42,329 nucleotides of DNA, from positions 6,689-49,017 of the forward strand of contig JARRRI010000029.1 in the NCBI GenBank assembly GCA_037380845.1, in the 5' to 3' direction. Below the pieces are notes generated by a model. The model saw only the letters and a program-made list of their open reading frames with translations, did no database searches and was not told the origin of the DNA. This document shows, piece by piece, positions 9,113-18,061 of the stretch. Source of the stretch: Candidatus Sulfobium sp. GTDB taxonomy: Bacteria; Nitrospirota; Thermodesulfovibrionia; Thermodesulfovibrionales; UBA6898. A program made the position numbers and the translations under genes. Each line of letters opens with the position of its first letter. Within the stretch, counting starts at the first letter, position 1.

Positions 9113-10456
9113 TCAAGCGCTCACATCCACATCGGAGATGAGCAGGGTCGGGCCGCCCACACTGCCGTAAAACCTCAGGTCGTCCCCCGCCGCCCTGATC
9201 TTGCCGAAAAAGTCGACGATGTCACCGGATATGACGGCCTCCTTAACCGGATACTGTATCTCACCCTTTTCGACCCAAAGAGCCGACACCCCAATTGAAA
9301 ATTCTCCCGAAACGGGGTTTGCTGTATGAACACCCATTGCGTCAATGACATACAGGCCTCTCCGGACTGATCCCAGCATGTCCTGCCCGGGCACGGGATC
9401 GCCACCGGAAGACGGCTCCAGAAAAAGGTTTGTGATCCCTACGGAGGGCAGAGAAGAAAACCTTCCCCGAACCGCATTGCCGGTCGACAGGGCACCGCCC
9501 TTTCTGGCCGTATAAGTGTTATAAAGATAGTTTTCCAGAACGCCCCCCCTGACAACCACCGTCTCTCTCGATGCAACTCCTTCGTCATCCACAGGGCTCG
9601 ACCCGGATCTGCCTGGAAGACAACCGTTGTCCGTCAGGTTGACCTTGTCACTCATGACCTTGCTGCCCAGCCTGCCGGCGAGAAGGGACCTGCCTTTCTG
9701 CACCGCCTCGGACGATAAAGAAGCCGCAAATATTCCCAGGAAATCCACGGTCACCGAGCTATCCAGTATCACGTCTGCCCTTCCGCCGGCTATTTTTCTC
9801 GCACCCAGGAGGCTTGCGGCCCTGCGTGCCGCGGCCTTCCCTATCTCTTCGAACATCATGTCCCGAAAAAATCTCCCGGATCCGAAGTCCCATCCCATCT
9901 GGCTCTCGTTATTCTCCTCGGCGATTGCCGTCACCTGGGCGGACCACGACGTCGAGGCATAAGCGGCGACGACAGACCTCGAGTTCACTATAACCGTCTT
10001 GCTGACCGTAAGAGATCCTGCCGCCTTCCTTATCCTCTTTACTCTCCCGTCAGCGTCGCAAGCGGCCTTTTCCAGAAGCATAACATTCCTGACCGCGTGG
10101 TCGTCACTGAGAGATTCTATCTCGGGATCGAACACCGCGACATCGGGGGTTTCCGGTTGCCCTTCCGGCAGTCCGAGAGAGGCATCTTCATCTGAAAATT
10201 CCGCAGCCTCCAGCGCCCTATCCACCACGGAACCTATCTCTCCCGCGTCCGTAGAATAAGAAAATCCAAGCCTTCCGTTCCTTATGATGCGGACTGAATA
10301 TCCGGAGGTCCGGGCGGACTTCAGCGAGTCCACCGACTGCTCCCTCACCTCAATCGCAATATTTCTGGAAGACCTGATGAAAACCTCCGCCTGCTCCGCA
10401 CCCTTCTTCAGTGCGGTCGAAACCGCTTCCTCCGCGAAGCCCTGATCAATCTTCAT
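9113..10456 (-). CDS. pmbA: TldD/PmbA family protein (PmbA-like)
   Basis: DDEGV, STGNA, NPVSGEFS, PVKEAVISG; start at MKIDQG. Confidence 0.88.
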   Translation of the reverse strand: MKIDQGFAEEAVSTALKKGAEQAEVFIRSSRNIAIEVREQSVDSLKSARTSGYSVRIIRNGRLGFSYSTDAGEIGSVVDRALEAAEFSDEDASLGLPEGQPETPDVAVFDPEIESLSDDHAVRNVMLLEKAACDADGRVKRIRKAAGSLTVSKTVIVNSRSVVAAYASTSWSAQVTAIAEENNESQMGWDFGSGRFFRDMMFEEIGKAAARRAASLLGARKIAGGRADVILDSSVTVDFLGIFAASLSSEAVQKGRSLLAGRLGSKVMSDKVNLTDNGCLPGRSGSSPVDDEGVASRETVVVRGGVLENYLYNTYTARKGGALSTGNAVRGRFSSLPSVGITNLFLEPSSGGDPVPGQDMLGSVRRGLYVIDAMGVHTANPVSGEFSIGVSALWVEKGEIQYPVKEAVISGDIVDFFGKIRAAGDDLRFYGSVGGPTLLISDVDVSA

Positions 10457-10817
10457 AATATGACGCCGAAGCGCTGTCCGATTCCCAGACCGTGACCCCC
10501 GCAACCCGGAGGTCATCGTCGTTTATCCTCTTTTTCAGCGAATCGTAAATCCACTTGGCAATATTCTCGGAAGAGGGATTCTTTTCGGTAAAAGGAAATA
10601 CTTCATTAAGAAATGCGTGGTCCAGGGGCGAGATCACCTCTCTTGCGACGTGTTTTACCTCGCGGAAGTCCATGGCGATATCTATATCGTTCAGTCTCTC
10701 CGCCGCTATATTTATCTGCACCCGCCAGTTGTGACCATGCATGTTCTCACAATTCCCCTTATATCCCCTCAACTGGTGAGCCGCAGAAAAACCTACTTCC
10801 ACCGTCAACTCATACAT
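10446..10817 (-). CDS. queD: 6-carboxy-5,6,7,8-tetrahydropterin synthase
   Basis: FSAAHQL, CENMHGHNW, LDH, NPSSENIA, VWES. Confidence 0.94.
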   Translation of the reverse strand: MYELTVEVGFSAAHQLRGYKGNCENMHGHNWRVQINIAAERLNDIDIAMDFREVKHVAREVISPLDHAFLNEVFPFTEKNPSSENIAKWIYDSLKKRINDDDLRVAGVTVWESDSASASYYED

Positions 10818-10835
10818 TGCTATACCTCCGGTTGT

Positions 10836-11357
10836 CTACGCAGTCTTCTTGAAGAAAGATATGTAGGGCAGGTTACGAAATCTGTTGTCATAATCGAGGC
10901 CATACCCGACCACGAACTCGTTGGGAATTCTGAACCCCACGTAGTCTATGGGTATCTCTACTTCCCTCCTTTCCGCCTTATCCAGAAAGGAACATATCCT
11001 CAGGCTGCGGGGACCTTTCATAAGAATCCTCTCCCTCAGATAGTTCAGGGTCACGCCTGTGTCGACAATGTCGTCTATCAGCAGAACATCCCTGTCTTCG
11101 ATATCTTCCCTCACCTCGTAGTGTACCTTCACTTCACCGCACGTCTCGTCTTTCAGATAGCTTGAAGCGATAATAAAATCTACCGTCAGAGGGGTCCTTA
11201 TAGACCTCACCAGGTCGCTGAAGAACATAAAGGCGCCCTTCATGATACCTATCGCAACCAGTTGCTTTCCCTCGTAATCTCTGGATATCCTCTCCGCGAG
11301 TTCTTTTACCTTCGCGCTTATTACGTCCGCCGCCAGAAAAGGCCTGCCTACTATCAT
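10836..11357 (-). CDS. hpt: Hypoxanthine phosphoribosyltransferase
   Basis: VLLIDDIVDTGVT PRPP loop; FVVGYGLDY...RNLPYI. Confidence 0.94.
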   Translation of the reverse strand: MIVGRPFLAADVISAKVKELAERISRDYEGKQLVAIGIMKGAFMFFSDLVRSIRTPLTVDFIIASSYLKDETCGEVKVHYEVREDIEDRDVLLIDDIVDTGVTLNYLRERILMKGPRSLRICSFLDKAERREVEIPIDYVGFRIPNEFVVGYGLDYDNRFRNLPYISFFKKTA

Positions 11358-11521
11358 CCATAACCTCCGCCACTTTGGTAAGTTCTATATTAACGTGAGA
11401 CATAATTATTCTCAACAAAAATATGGCCGCGTGAGCTTTCCGCCGGACCGCCGGAAGACACGTCAAATTGCCCCTCGGCTCCATAGGTTAAACCTGGTGT
11501 CGAAGGGCTATGCCCCGTTTC

Positions 11522-11550
11522 TTGACAGGGGGAAAAGGGCCTGATAACCT
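11522..11550 (+). promoter_or_regulatory. Sigma70-type promoter
   Basis: TTGACA-17 bp-TAACCT with extended TG. Confidence 0.55.
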
Positions 11551-11593
11551 GGATGCACTTTTCTCATGCGGTGCAGGGAGAAGGCCGGGATTA

Positions 11594-11785
11594 ATGAAGG
11601 TGTCAACTATGACCGGAACGCCCGAAGACGGAAATCCAGTTTCAAGCGGCTATTTCAACGATCCGATCATGTCGAGTTACCGGGGATTCGGGTTTAAGGA
11701 CGCCATAACAAAGCCCTATCGTATAGAGGACCTGAGCGAGGTCCTCTATAAAGTTATTTACGGCATTACGGATTACCATCACTAG
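11594..11785 (+). pseudogene. Remnant of a receiver-domain gene (likely hybrid histidine kinase), C-terminal ~48 aa only
   Basis: VSSGYFNDPIMSSYRGFGFKDAITKPYRIEDL is the end of a REC domain (KP motif); acidic pocket and phospho-Asp absent; joined to a short unrelated N-terminus at ~11638. Confidence 0.72.
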
Positions 11786-11942
11786 AACTTTTCAGCACCG
11801 GGGCTTATCTTACCAGTCTTTCACTCTGTTATAATTTAATTGTCACTCCGGCTGCTCTGAAGATGGAACATGTCATGTTCCGGCCGCGGTCGTGGCATGA
11901 CGCTTCCAGACAGTTAATTGCGGGGGAACAATAATCATAATT

Positions 11943-12137
11943 ATGTCGGAACACCGGCCCATACCCTATATAGATTACAGCGTCTGCACGGGATGTGGGG
12001 CCTGCGCGGAAATCTATCCCGCATTCTTCGAGATGAAGGACGGCAGGCCATGGGTAATCCATCACGAGATGTTCATTCCGGAAGAGCATCCGGGCCTCGT
12101 TCATTGCTGCCCCTTCCGGGCGATAACAGTCGAATAA
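11943..12137 (+). CDS. Small single-cluster ferredoxin
   Basis: 64 aa; CTGCGAC...CCPFRAI. Confidence 0.85.
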   Translation: MSEHRPIPYIDYSVCTGCGACAEIYPAFFEMKDGRPWVIHHEMFIPEEHPGLVHCCPFRAITVE

Positions 12138-12173
12138 GCCCGACAGTTAAAACGAACCCCGGAAGAGCATTTC

Positions 12174-12364
12174 AACCGCAGATGAACACGATGGAGCCTT
12201 TTATCCTGAAAAAAGCTTTCGACTGCAAAAAGCACATAAAACACGAAAATTAACGGAGAAGCACTGTCGGAGCGAAGCGAGAATGAGTAAGCGGCCTCCC
12301 TCTTCGGATCTCTTGTTCTTTCTTTGTGATTTTGTCTCTTCTGCGGCCGTCTGCCGTCCGGGTT
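12174..12364. repeat. Degenerate short-unit intergenic repeats between convergent genes
   Basis: AACCGCAGATGAACACG at the left and TCTGCGG...CCGGGTT at the right; resembles the unit at 25051-25084. Confidence 0.35.
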
Positions 12365-12375
12365 AATCGGGAAAA

Positions 12376-12927
12376 CTACGACAGTGATGCCTCTTCAATC
12401 CGCCCTGTGGGGATCCTGATATGTATCAGGATATCCGGCTTGATTTTAACAGTTCCGAAGAGGGTACTAAAGGGTTTGATCCCGAAGTCTGGGAGGTGCA
12501 GTCTGACATCGGAAACGTAATGCGTCCCGTCCTCTTTGCGCACCGTAAAAGTTATCTCCCTGGGCTTTTCGTGCAGAGTCAGCGTTCCGTTTACCAGATA
12601 CCGCGAGTCATCTTTTCTGACAGATGAAGAAATGAGGGTGATCAGCGGATAGCTGTCCGAATGGAGTACCTCTCTTTCAATGCTCCTGTTTATTTCTTCC
12701 CTGTCCCCCTGACTCAGCAGATCCGGCCTTTCCTTTCCGTCCACCATCGCACAATCAACTTGCAGCGAACGGGCATTGAAGGACGCCTTGATAAAATGCT
12801 CGCTGCCCCCCACTTCGACGGTAAAAGACGCAACTCCTATCCGCAGGTCGTGGGCGAAAGGGGAAAGCAGTCCTTCCTTATAAGTGAATATCTGACATAC
12901 CGCCGAAGACTCATCGAATCTCTGCAT
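12376..12927 (-). CDS. YceI family protein
   Basis: FAHDL, GTLTLH, DFGIKPFS...G.VKI motifs. Confidence 0.82.
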   Translation of the reverse strand: MQRFDESSAVCQIFTYKEGLLSPFAHDLRIGVASFTVEVGGSEHFIKASFNARSLQVDCAMVDGKERPDLLSQGDREEINRSIEREVLHSDSYPLITLISSSVRKDDSRYLVNGTLTLHEKPREITFTVRKEDGTHYVSDVRLHLPDFGIKPFSTLFGTVKIKPDILIHIRIPTGRIEEASLS

Positions 12928-12937
12928 TTATTACCCG

Positions 12938-13233
12938 CTACGAATCCTGATGCAGCAAAACCCTATCTTCGAGCAGCCTGCCCAACATCTCCAGATGATG
13001 CTTTTCTTCACCGATCAGGGAGTCAAAAACCTTTCGGGCGTCCTCTTCTTCCATCTTCCTCAGCATCTTGACGTAGAGGTCGAGGGCATTCGTCTCGACC
13101 TCCATCGAAACCTCAATGGCGTCCCGTAACGTCCTGCCTCATCAAGCAGGATAAACTCCCCCGCTTTCTCGCCGGCAAGCCACTTCCCGGCCTCTTCAGC
13201 CGTCACTGTTCCGATCTTCTTGTATCTCTGCAT
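12938..13233 (-). pseudogene. Rhodanese + rubrerythrin/ferritin-like fusion gene with internal deletion and frameshift
   Basis: Hand translation: MQRYKKIGTVTAEEAGKWLAGEKAGEFILLD (rhodanese start), then in another frame GRTLRDAIEVSMEVETNALDLYVKMLRK...LIGEEKHHLEML (ferritin-like end, EExxH). Confidence 0.75.
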
Positions 13234-13248
13234 TGCGCCGTCAATCCC

Positions 13249-13938
13249 TCAGCCGGAACCACTGCCCGGCAGGAAACTCCCGTCGGCCATTTCGAGCACC
13301 CTGTGACAGCGGCCCGACAGCTCCCTGTTGTGGGTAACTATCACAAAAGTTATTTTCTTCTGCCTGTTCAGATCCAGGAAAAGCGCAAACAGGTCGTTTC
13401 CGGTTGCGGTATCAAGGTTGCCGGTCGGCTCGTCTGCAAGGACCACTCTCGGATTCTGAACGAGCGCCCGTGCAACCGCAACCCTCTGCTGCTCCCCCCC
13501 GGACAGTTCCCCCGGTCTGTGAGTCATCCTTTCGGCCAGGCCCAGTTCAGCGAGAAGATCTTTCCCCCTTTTTTCCATATCTGCGTGTGAGATCCCGCTG
13601 ATCAAACCCGGCAGCATGACATTCTCCAGGGAGGTGAATTCCGGAAGAAGGTGATGGAACTGAAAAACAAAACCGATGCTGCAATTCCTGAATTCAGCGA
13701 GTGCGCTGCCATCCATGGCGGCTATATCCTTATCCTGAAACAGCACTCTTCCCGATGTCGGGCGGTCCAATGCGCCCAATATATGCAACAGCGTGCTCTT
13801 GCCCGCACCCGAAGCCCCTACAATCCCTACCATCTCACCTTCTCTCACCGAGCAGTCTATGCCCTTGAGGACCAGGAGTTCCCCTGCCTCGGTCTTAAAG
13901 GATTTGGTGATATCGACTGTCTCGATCAGATTACCCAT
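13249..13938 (-). CDS. lolD: Lipoprotein-releasing ABC transporter ATP-binding protein
   Basis: GASGAGKS, FVFQFHHLL, LSGGEQQR, ADEPTGNLD; follows lolC/E. Confidence 0.93.
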   Translation of the reverse strand: MGNLIETVDITKSFKTEAGELLVLKGIDCSVREGEMVGIVGASGAGKSTLLHILGALDRPTSGRVLFQDKDIAAMDGSALAEFRNCSIGFVFQFHHLLPEFTSLENVMLPGLISGISHADMEKRGKDLLAELGLAERMTHRPGELSGGEQQRVAVARALVQNPRVVLADEPTGNLDTATGNDLFALFLDLNRQKKITFVIVTHNRELSGRCHRVLEMADGSFLPGSGSG

Positions 13939-13944
13939 GGCCGC

Positions 13945-15177
13945 TCACTCATATCGCAAAGGTTCAACGGGGTTCAGCTTCGCGGCCTGCCAGGCAGGGT
14001 ACAGCGTCGCAACGAAGCTTATTATGATCGCCGACGAAGAAACCGCGATAAAATCGGACAGCTCCATTCTTACCGGGAGGTGGCTAAGGTAGTAAACATC
14101 TGCCGGCAGCTTGATGATCTGGTAAGTATTGAGGACATAGCCCAGTGTATACCCGCCCGTAACGCCGATAATGGTCCCTATCAGACCGATGAACAGGCCC
14201 TGAAGCATAAAGACGGTCATGATCCCGCGGCTCGTAGCCCCCATAGCCTTCAAGATAGCGATTTCCCTGCTCTTTTCTATCACGTTCATGATGAGGTTGC
14301 TGATGATGTTGAACGAGGCGACAAGCACTATAAGGACCAGGATCACGAACATCGCTATCTTTTCAAGCTTGAGAGCGGAAAAAAGGTTCTTGTTCATCTG
14401 CATCCAGTCCAGTACTTCATAGGGGAAACCGAGTTCCCGCTGCAGGTGCATTCTCACTTCCGATGCCTTATATATATCGTTCAGCCTCAGCTGGACCCCG
14501 CTTATTTCATTCTGCTTAAGGCCGAAGAACTCCCGGGCCGCTTTCATCCCGGTCAACACAAGATTACTGTCGTATTCAAACATTCCGATCTCGAAAATGC
14601 CCACCACTTTGAACTGTCTCACCCTGGGCAGCATCCCCATGGGTCCGATTTCACCGACAGGTGAAACCACGTTTACCTTGTCGCCCACAAAAACTCCGAG
14701 ATTCCCCGCCAGTTCCCTGCCCAGTATGATGCCGGGGACACCACCCTCACCTGCGAGGCCTCTTACGCTCCCCTCCTTGATGTGGGCCAGTATGTCGGTG
14801 GTTTTGGCCTCGGCCTGAACGTTGATGCCCTTCAGATATACCCCGTGAGCCCTTTTCCCGTACGAAACCATCACTTGGCCGAGCACAAAGGGAGCAAAAG
14901 ATGAGACGTACTTCTCCTTCTTCAGGACCGGGGCGATCTTGTCATAGCCGGTTATGGGTCCCGCATAGTTCCGGATAACTACGTGTGCGTTTGCACCGAG
15001 AATCTTTCCCTGGAGGTCCTGCTGAAATCCTGTCATCACCGAGAGTACAACGAGAAGCGCCATGACCCCGAGGGCGACTCCTCCGATGGAGATCGCGGTG
15101 TTTACCGAAACACCCTTATGTTTCTTTTTAGACCTGAGGTACCTGAGTGCTATAAATGCCTGATACGGGAGGTTCAT
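13945..15177 (-). CDS. lolE: Lipoprotein-releasing ABC transporter permease LolC/E
   Basis: IALRYLR, SVMTGFQ, KSREIAILKAMGA, PADVYY, YPAWQAAK. Confidence 0.9.
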   Translation of the reverse strand: MNLPYQAFIALRYLRSKKKHKGVSVNTAISIGGVALGVMALLVVLSVMTGFQQDLQGKILGANAHVVIRNYAGPITGYDKIAPVLKKEKYVSSFAPFVLGQVMVSYGKRAHGVYLKGINVQAEAKTTDILAHIKEGSVRGLAGEGGVPGIILGRELAGNLGVFVGDKVNVVSPVGEIGPMGMLPRVRQFKVVGIFEIGMFEYDSNLVLTGMKAAREFFGLKQNEISGVQLRLNDIYKASEVRMHLQRELGFPYEVLDWMQMNKNLFSALKLEKIAMFVILVLIVLVASFNIISNLIMNVIEKSREIAILKAMGATSRGIMTVFMLQGLFIGLIGTIIGVTGGYTLGYVLNTYQIIKLPADVYYLSHLPVRMELSDFIAVSSSAIIISFVATLYPAWQAAKLNPVEPLRYE

Positions 15178-15208
15178 GACATAAAGCAAGGGACCGGGTG
15201 AGGGGCCT

Positions 15209-16696
15209 TCATTCCTGATGTTCCGGCTTGAGCTGCGGAAAAAGAATCACGTCCCTTATCGACTGCGAATTCGTCAGGAGCATGACCAGACGATCGATCC
15301 CTATGCCTTCACCTGCTGCCGGCGGCATGCCGTACTCGAGCGCCCTGATGAAATCCTCGTCCATCCAGTGAGCCTCCTCGTCGCCGGCCTGTTTGGCCTT
15401 GACCTGTTGGAGAAACCGCTCCTTCTGATCGAAAGGATCGTTAAGCTCGGAAAAGGCGTTGGCGATCTCCCGCGAACACATGAAGAGCTCGAAACGTTCC
15501 ACAAGGGCCGGATTGTCCGCCTTTCTCTTTGCAAGAGGAGACAGTTCAACAGGGTAATCCGTGATGAAGGCCGGCTGCACAAGTCCCGGTTCAACCTTTT
15601 CCTTGAAAATCTCGTCCAGGATCTTTCCCACGGAAGACCCGTCAGGAATATCGACGCGGTTCGACCGGGCCCAGGACATGGCTTTTTCCGGGTCATCGAG
15701 GACGTCCGGCGGCACCCCCCTTTCCTGGAGTACCTCAAGTATCGGTATCCTCGGCCAGGGCGGCGTAAGGTCGACAACTTCTTCCCCGTATGGAATCATC
15801 AGCGTTCCGGCCGCCTTCATTGCGACTGTCGTAATAAGCTCCTCCGTAAAAGACATCAGGAAGTTATAGTCCTTGTAGGCTATGTAAAATTCAAGCATCG
15901 AGAATTCCGGGTTATGCTTCGTCGATATGCCCTCATTCCTGAAGTTCTTGTTTAACTCGTAAACCCTCTCATATCCGCCGACCAGCAGCCGCTTCAGATA
16001 GAGCTCAGGGGCGATCCTCAGATAAAGATCGATATCCAGCGCGTTGTGGTGGGTCCTGAACGGGCGGGCCGTCGCCCCGCCCGGTATCTGATGCATCATC
16101 GGTGTTTCGACTTCTATAAAGCCGCGGGACTCAAGGAAATCCCTGACGGCCTTGATGATCCTGCTTCTCTTCGCAAAGTTCTCCCGGACCTCGGGGTTTA
16201 CGATAAGGTCCACATAACGCTGCCGGTACCTCGTTTCCACATCTTTAAGGCCGTGCCATTTTTCAGGGAGCGGTCTGATGGACTTTGTGAGCAATTCAAT
16301 CGATTCAACTTCGATTGTAAGTTCGTCCGTCCTCGTCCTGAAAAGTCTGCCCTCGAGCCCCACAATGTCACCGATATCAAGCTTCCTGACCAACTTGTGC
16401 TTTTCTCCCAGCACGTCCTTTTTCAGGTAGATCTGCATCCGGCCCGTCGAGTCCTGCACGTGGGCGAAAGCAGCCTTTCCGAAATCCCTGAATGTGATTA
16501 TCCTGCCGGCCAGAGAGCAGTGGACACGCGACTCCTCCAGCTCTTCTTTCGAAGCATTGCCGTATTTCTCACTCAAGTCCGCGGCATGATCGGCCGCGTA
16601 AAACGGGCCGCCATATGGCGAAACAGCCATTTGACGGAGTTCTTCGGTCTTTTTTATCCGCTGTTTGATGAGTTCGTTGCCTTCTTCCACAGTCAC
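15209..16696 (-). CDS. lysS: Lysine--tRNA ligase (class II)
   Basis: LPEKWHG, RYRQRYVDL, FRNEG, HNPEF, GIGIDRL. Confidence 0.98.
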   Translation of the reverse strand: MTVEEGNELIKQRIKKTEELRQMAVSPYGGPFYAADHAADLSEKYGNASKEELEESRVHCSLAGRIITFRDFGKAAFAHVQDSTGRMQIYLKKDVLGEKHKLVRKLDIGDIVGLEGRLFRTRTDELTIEVESIELLTKSIRPLPEKWHGLKDVETRYRQRYVDLIVNPEVRENFAKRSRIIKAVRDFLESRGFIEVETPMMHQIPGGATARPFRTHHNALDIDLYLRIAPELYLKRLLVGGYERVYELNKNFRNEGISTKHNPEFSMLEFYIAYKDYNFLMSFTEELITTVAMKAAGTLMIPYGEEVVDLTPPWPRIPILEVLQERGVPPDVLDDPEKAMSWARSNRVDIPDGSSVGKILDEIFKEKVEPGLVQPAFITDYPVELSPLAKRKADNPALVERFELFMCSREIANAFSELNDPFDQKERFLQQVKAKQAGDEEAHWMDEDFIRALEYGMPPAAGEGIGIDRLVMLLTNSQSIRDVILFPQLKPEHQE

Positions 16697-16713
16697 CTCG
16701 GCTAAATCTCTGC

Positions 16714-16743
16714 ATTATAATGATTACTTTCACATCAAGTCAA
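16714..16743 (-). promoter_or_regulatory. Sigma70 promoter for lysS
   Basis: Minus strand TTGACT-18 bp-TATAAT. Confidence 0.6.
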
Positions 16744-16785
16744 GAATGCCGGCGAATCCTCTCCGCCCTGATAGTCCCGTATTTC

Positions 16786-16815
16786 TTGACATTTCCCGGA
16801 CTTCTGATTTATAAA
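16786..16815 (+). promoter_or_regulatory. Sigma70 promoter for tRNA-Gly
   Basis: TTGACA-18 bp-TATAAA. Confidence 0.6.
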
Positions 16816-16830
16816 ACAATATCATTTATC

Positions 16831-16905
16831 GCGGGCGTAACTCAGTGGTAGAGTGTTAGCTTCCCAAGCTGAAGGTCGCGGGTTCGAATCCCGTCGCCCG
16901 CTCCA
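16831..16905 (+). tRNA. tRNA-Gly (anticodon CCC)
   Basis: Acceptor GCGGGCG/CGCCCGC, D-loop AGTGGTA, anticodon arm TTAGC-TTCCCAA-GCTGA, GGTTCGAATCC, encoded CCA. Confidence 0.97.
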
Positions 16906-16968
16906 CTTCGAAGGGGTGGACCGGATTTTCAGACCCGGCCGCCTTTTACTGATATTCCTTACTTTTGA

Positions 16969-17493
16969 ATGGAAACAGGGCTGATTCATATTTATACCGG
17001 CAATGGCAAAGGCAAGACGACGGCGGCCGTCGGCATGTCCGTCCGGGCCAGGAGCAGGAACTTCCGCACCCTTTTTGTTCAATTTTTCAAGGAGCGCGAT
17101 TCCGGAAGCGAGCTGTCACTGCTCTCCACCCTCGGTATCGACGTACTGGTTTTCGATCAGGTTAAATCCCCGCTCTTCCACCCGGAAATCGACAAGTCGT
17201 CCCTCCGGGAGGAGGCCAGGAAAGCCATCTCTCATATCCGCCGCGTTTTCACTGAAAACAGTTACGATTTCATAGTCCTCGATGAGTTCATCTGTCTTGT
17301 CGCCGAAGGAATACTGTCGGCAGAAGAAACGACCGATTTCGTCAGGAATAAACCCGAAGGCACCGAACTGGTCCTGACCGGAAAAGGGGCGCCGCAGGAA
17401 CTTATCGAGGTCGCCGATTACGTAACCTTCATGGAAAATATAAAGCATCCTTACAAGAAAGACATGAAGGCAAGGAGGGGAATAGAGTTCTGA
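16969..17493 (+). CDS. cobO: Cob(I)yrinic acid a,c-diamide adenosyltransferase
   Basis: YTGNGKGKTTAA, VQFFK, LDE, ELVLTG, KHPY...GIEF. Confidence 0.92.
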   Translation: METGLIHIYTGNGKGKTTAAVGMSVRARSRNFRTLFVQFFKERDSGSELSLLSTLGIDVLVFDQVKSPLFHPEIDKSSLREEARKAISHIRRVFTENSYDFIVLDEFICLVAEGILSAEETTDFVRNKPEGTELVLTGKGAPQELIEVADYVTFMENIKHPYKKDMKARRGIEF

Positions 17494-17512
17494 GCCTCTC
17501 CTCCCGGGCGTT

Positions 17513-18061
17513 CTATCGGGTGAGCCTCCAGACATGATGTATCCTCTGCAGCACGGTGAAATGCGTAAGCACGAAAAGTGCCCACAGAACCGGCATCATG
17601 ATTCCGGCAATCGCTCCGAGGCTGATCATGATTACTCTTTCAGGTCTTTCCATGAGTCCATATTTGCAATTCTCCCCCAGACCTTCCGCCCTGGCCCTGG
17701 TGTAACTGATCAGAAATGCCCCCACCAGCGTACCGAGACAAAGCAAGACCCCGGTATGGTTGCCGTCATTCCCTAGGTTCCAGGCGATGGCAAGCAGTAC
17801 CGCCGCATCGGAGTACCTGTCAAGCACGGAGTCGAGAAAGGCGCCGAACCTTGAGATCTTGCCGTTCGTCCGGGCTACTACCCCGTCAAGGACGTCGAAG
17901 GCGCCTCCCGCCAGTACCAGCACTCCCCCCGCCCGAAGGTCATATAAGAGCACACACGAAGCAAAGAGGGTGACCACAAAGCCGGTCAAGCTCAGGCTGT
18001 TCGGGCTGAAAGAGATTATATTTGCAAAATTTCCGAATGGCTTATCTAATACGAGCCACAA
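17513..18061 (-). CDS. CDP-alcohol phosphatidyltransferase (phosphatidylinositol-phosphate synthase-like)
   Basis: DVLDGVVAR...GAFLDSVLDRYSD signature, SYTRARAE, ERPER; start uncertain. Confidence 0.88.
   Translation of the reverse strand: MWLVLDKPFGNFANIISFSPNSLSLTGFVVTLFASCVLLYDLRAGGVLVLAGGAFDVLDGVVARTNGKISRFGAFLDSVLDRYSDAAVLLAIAWNLGNDGNHTGVLLCLGTLVGAFLISYTRARAEGLGENCKYGLMERPERVIMISLGAIAGIMMPVLWALFVLTHFTVLQRIHHVWRLTR

Noticed and set aside
16831..16905. tRNA-Gly as an island integration site
   Set aside because: No integrase and no duplicated tRNA 3' end in the window; flanked by core genes.
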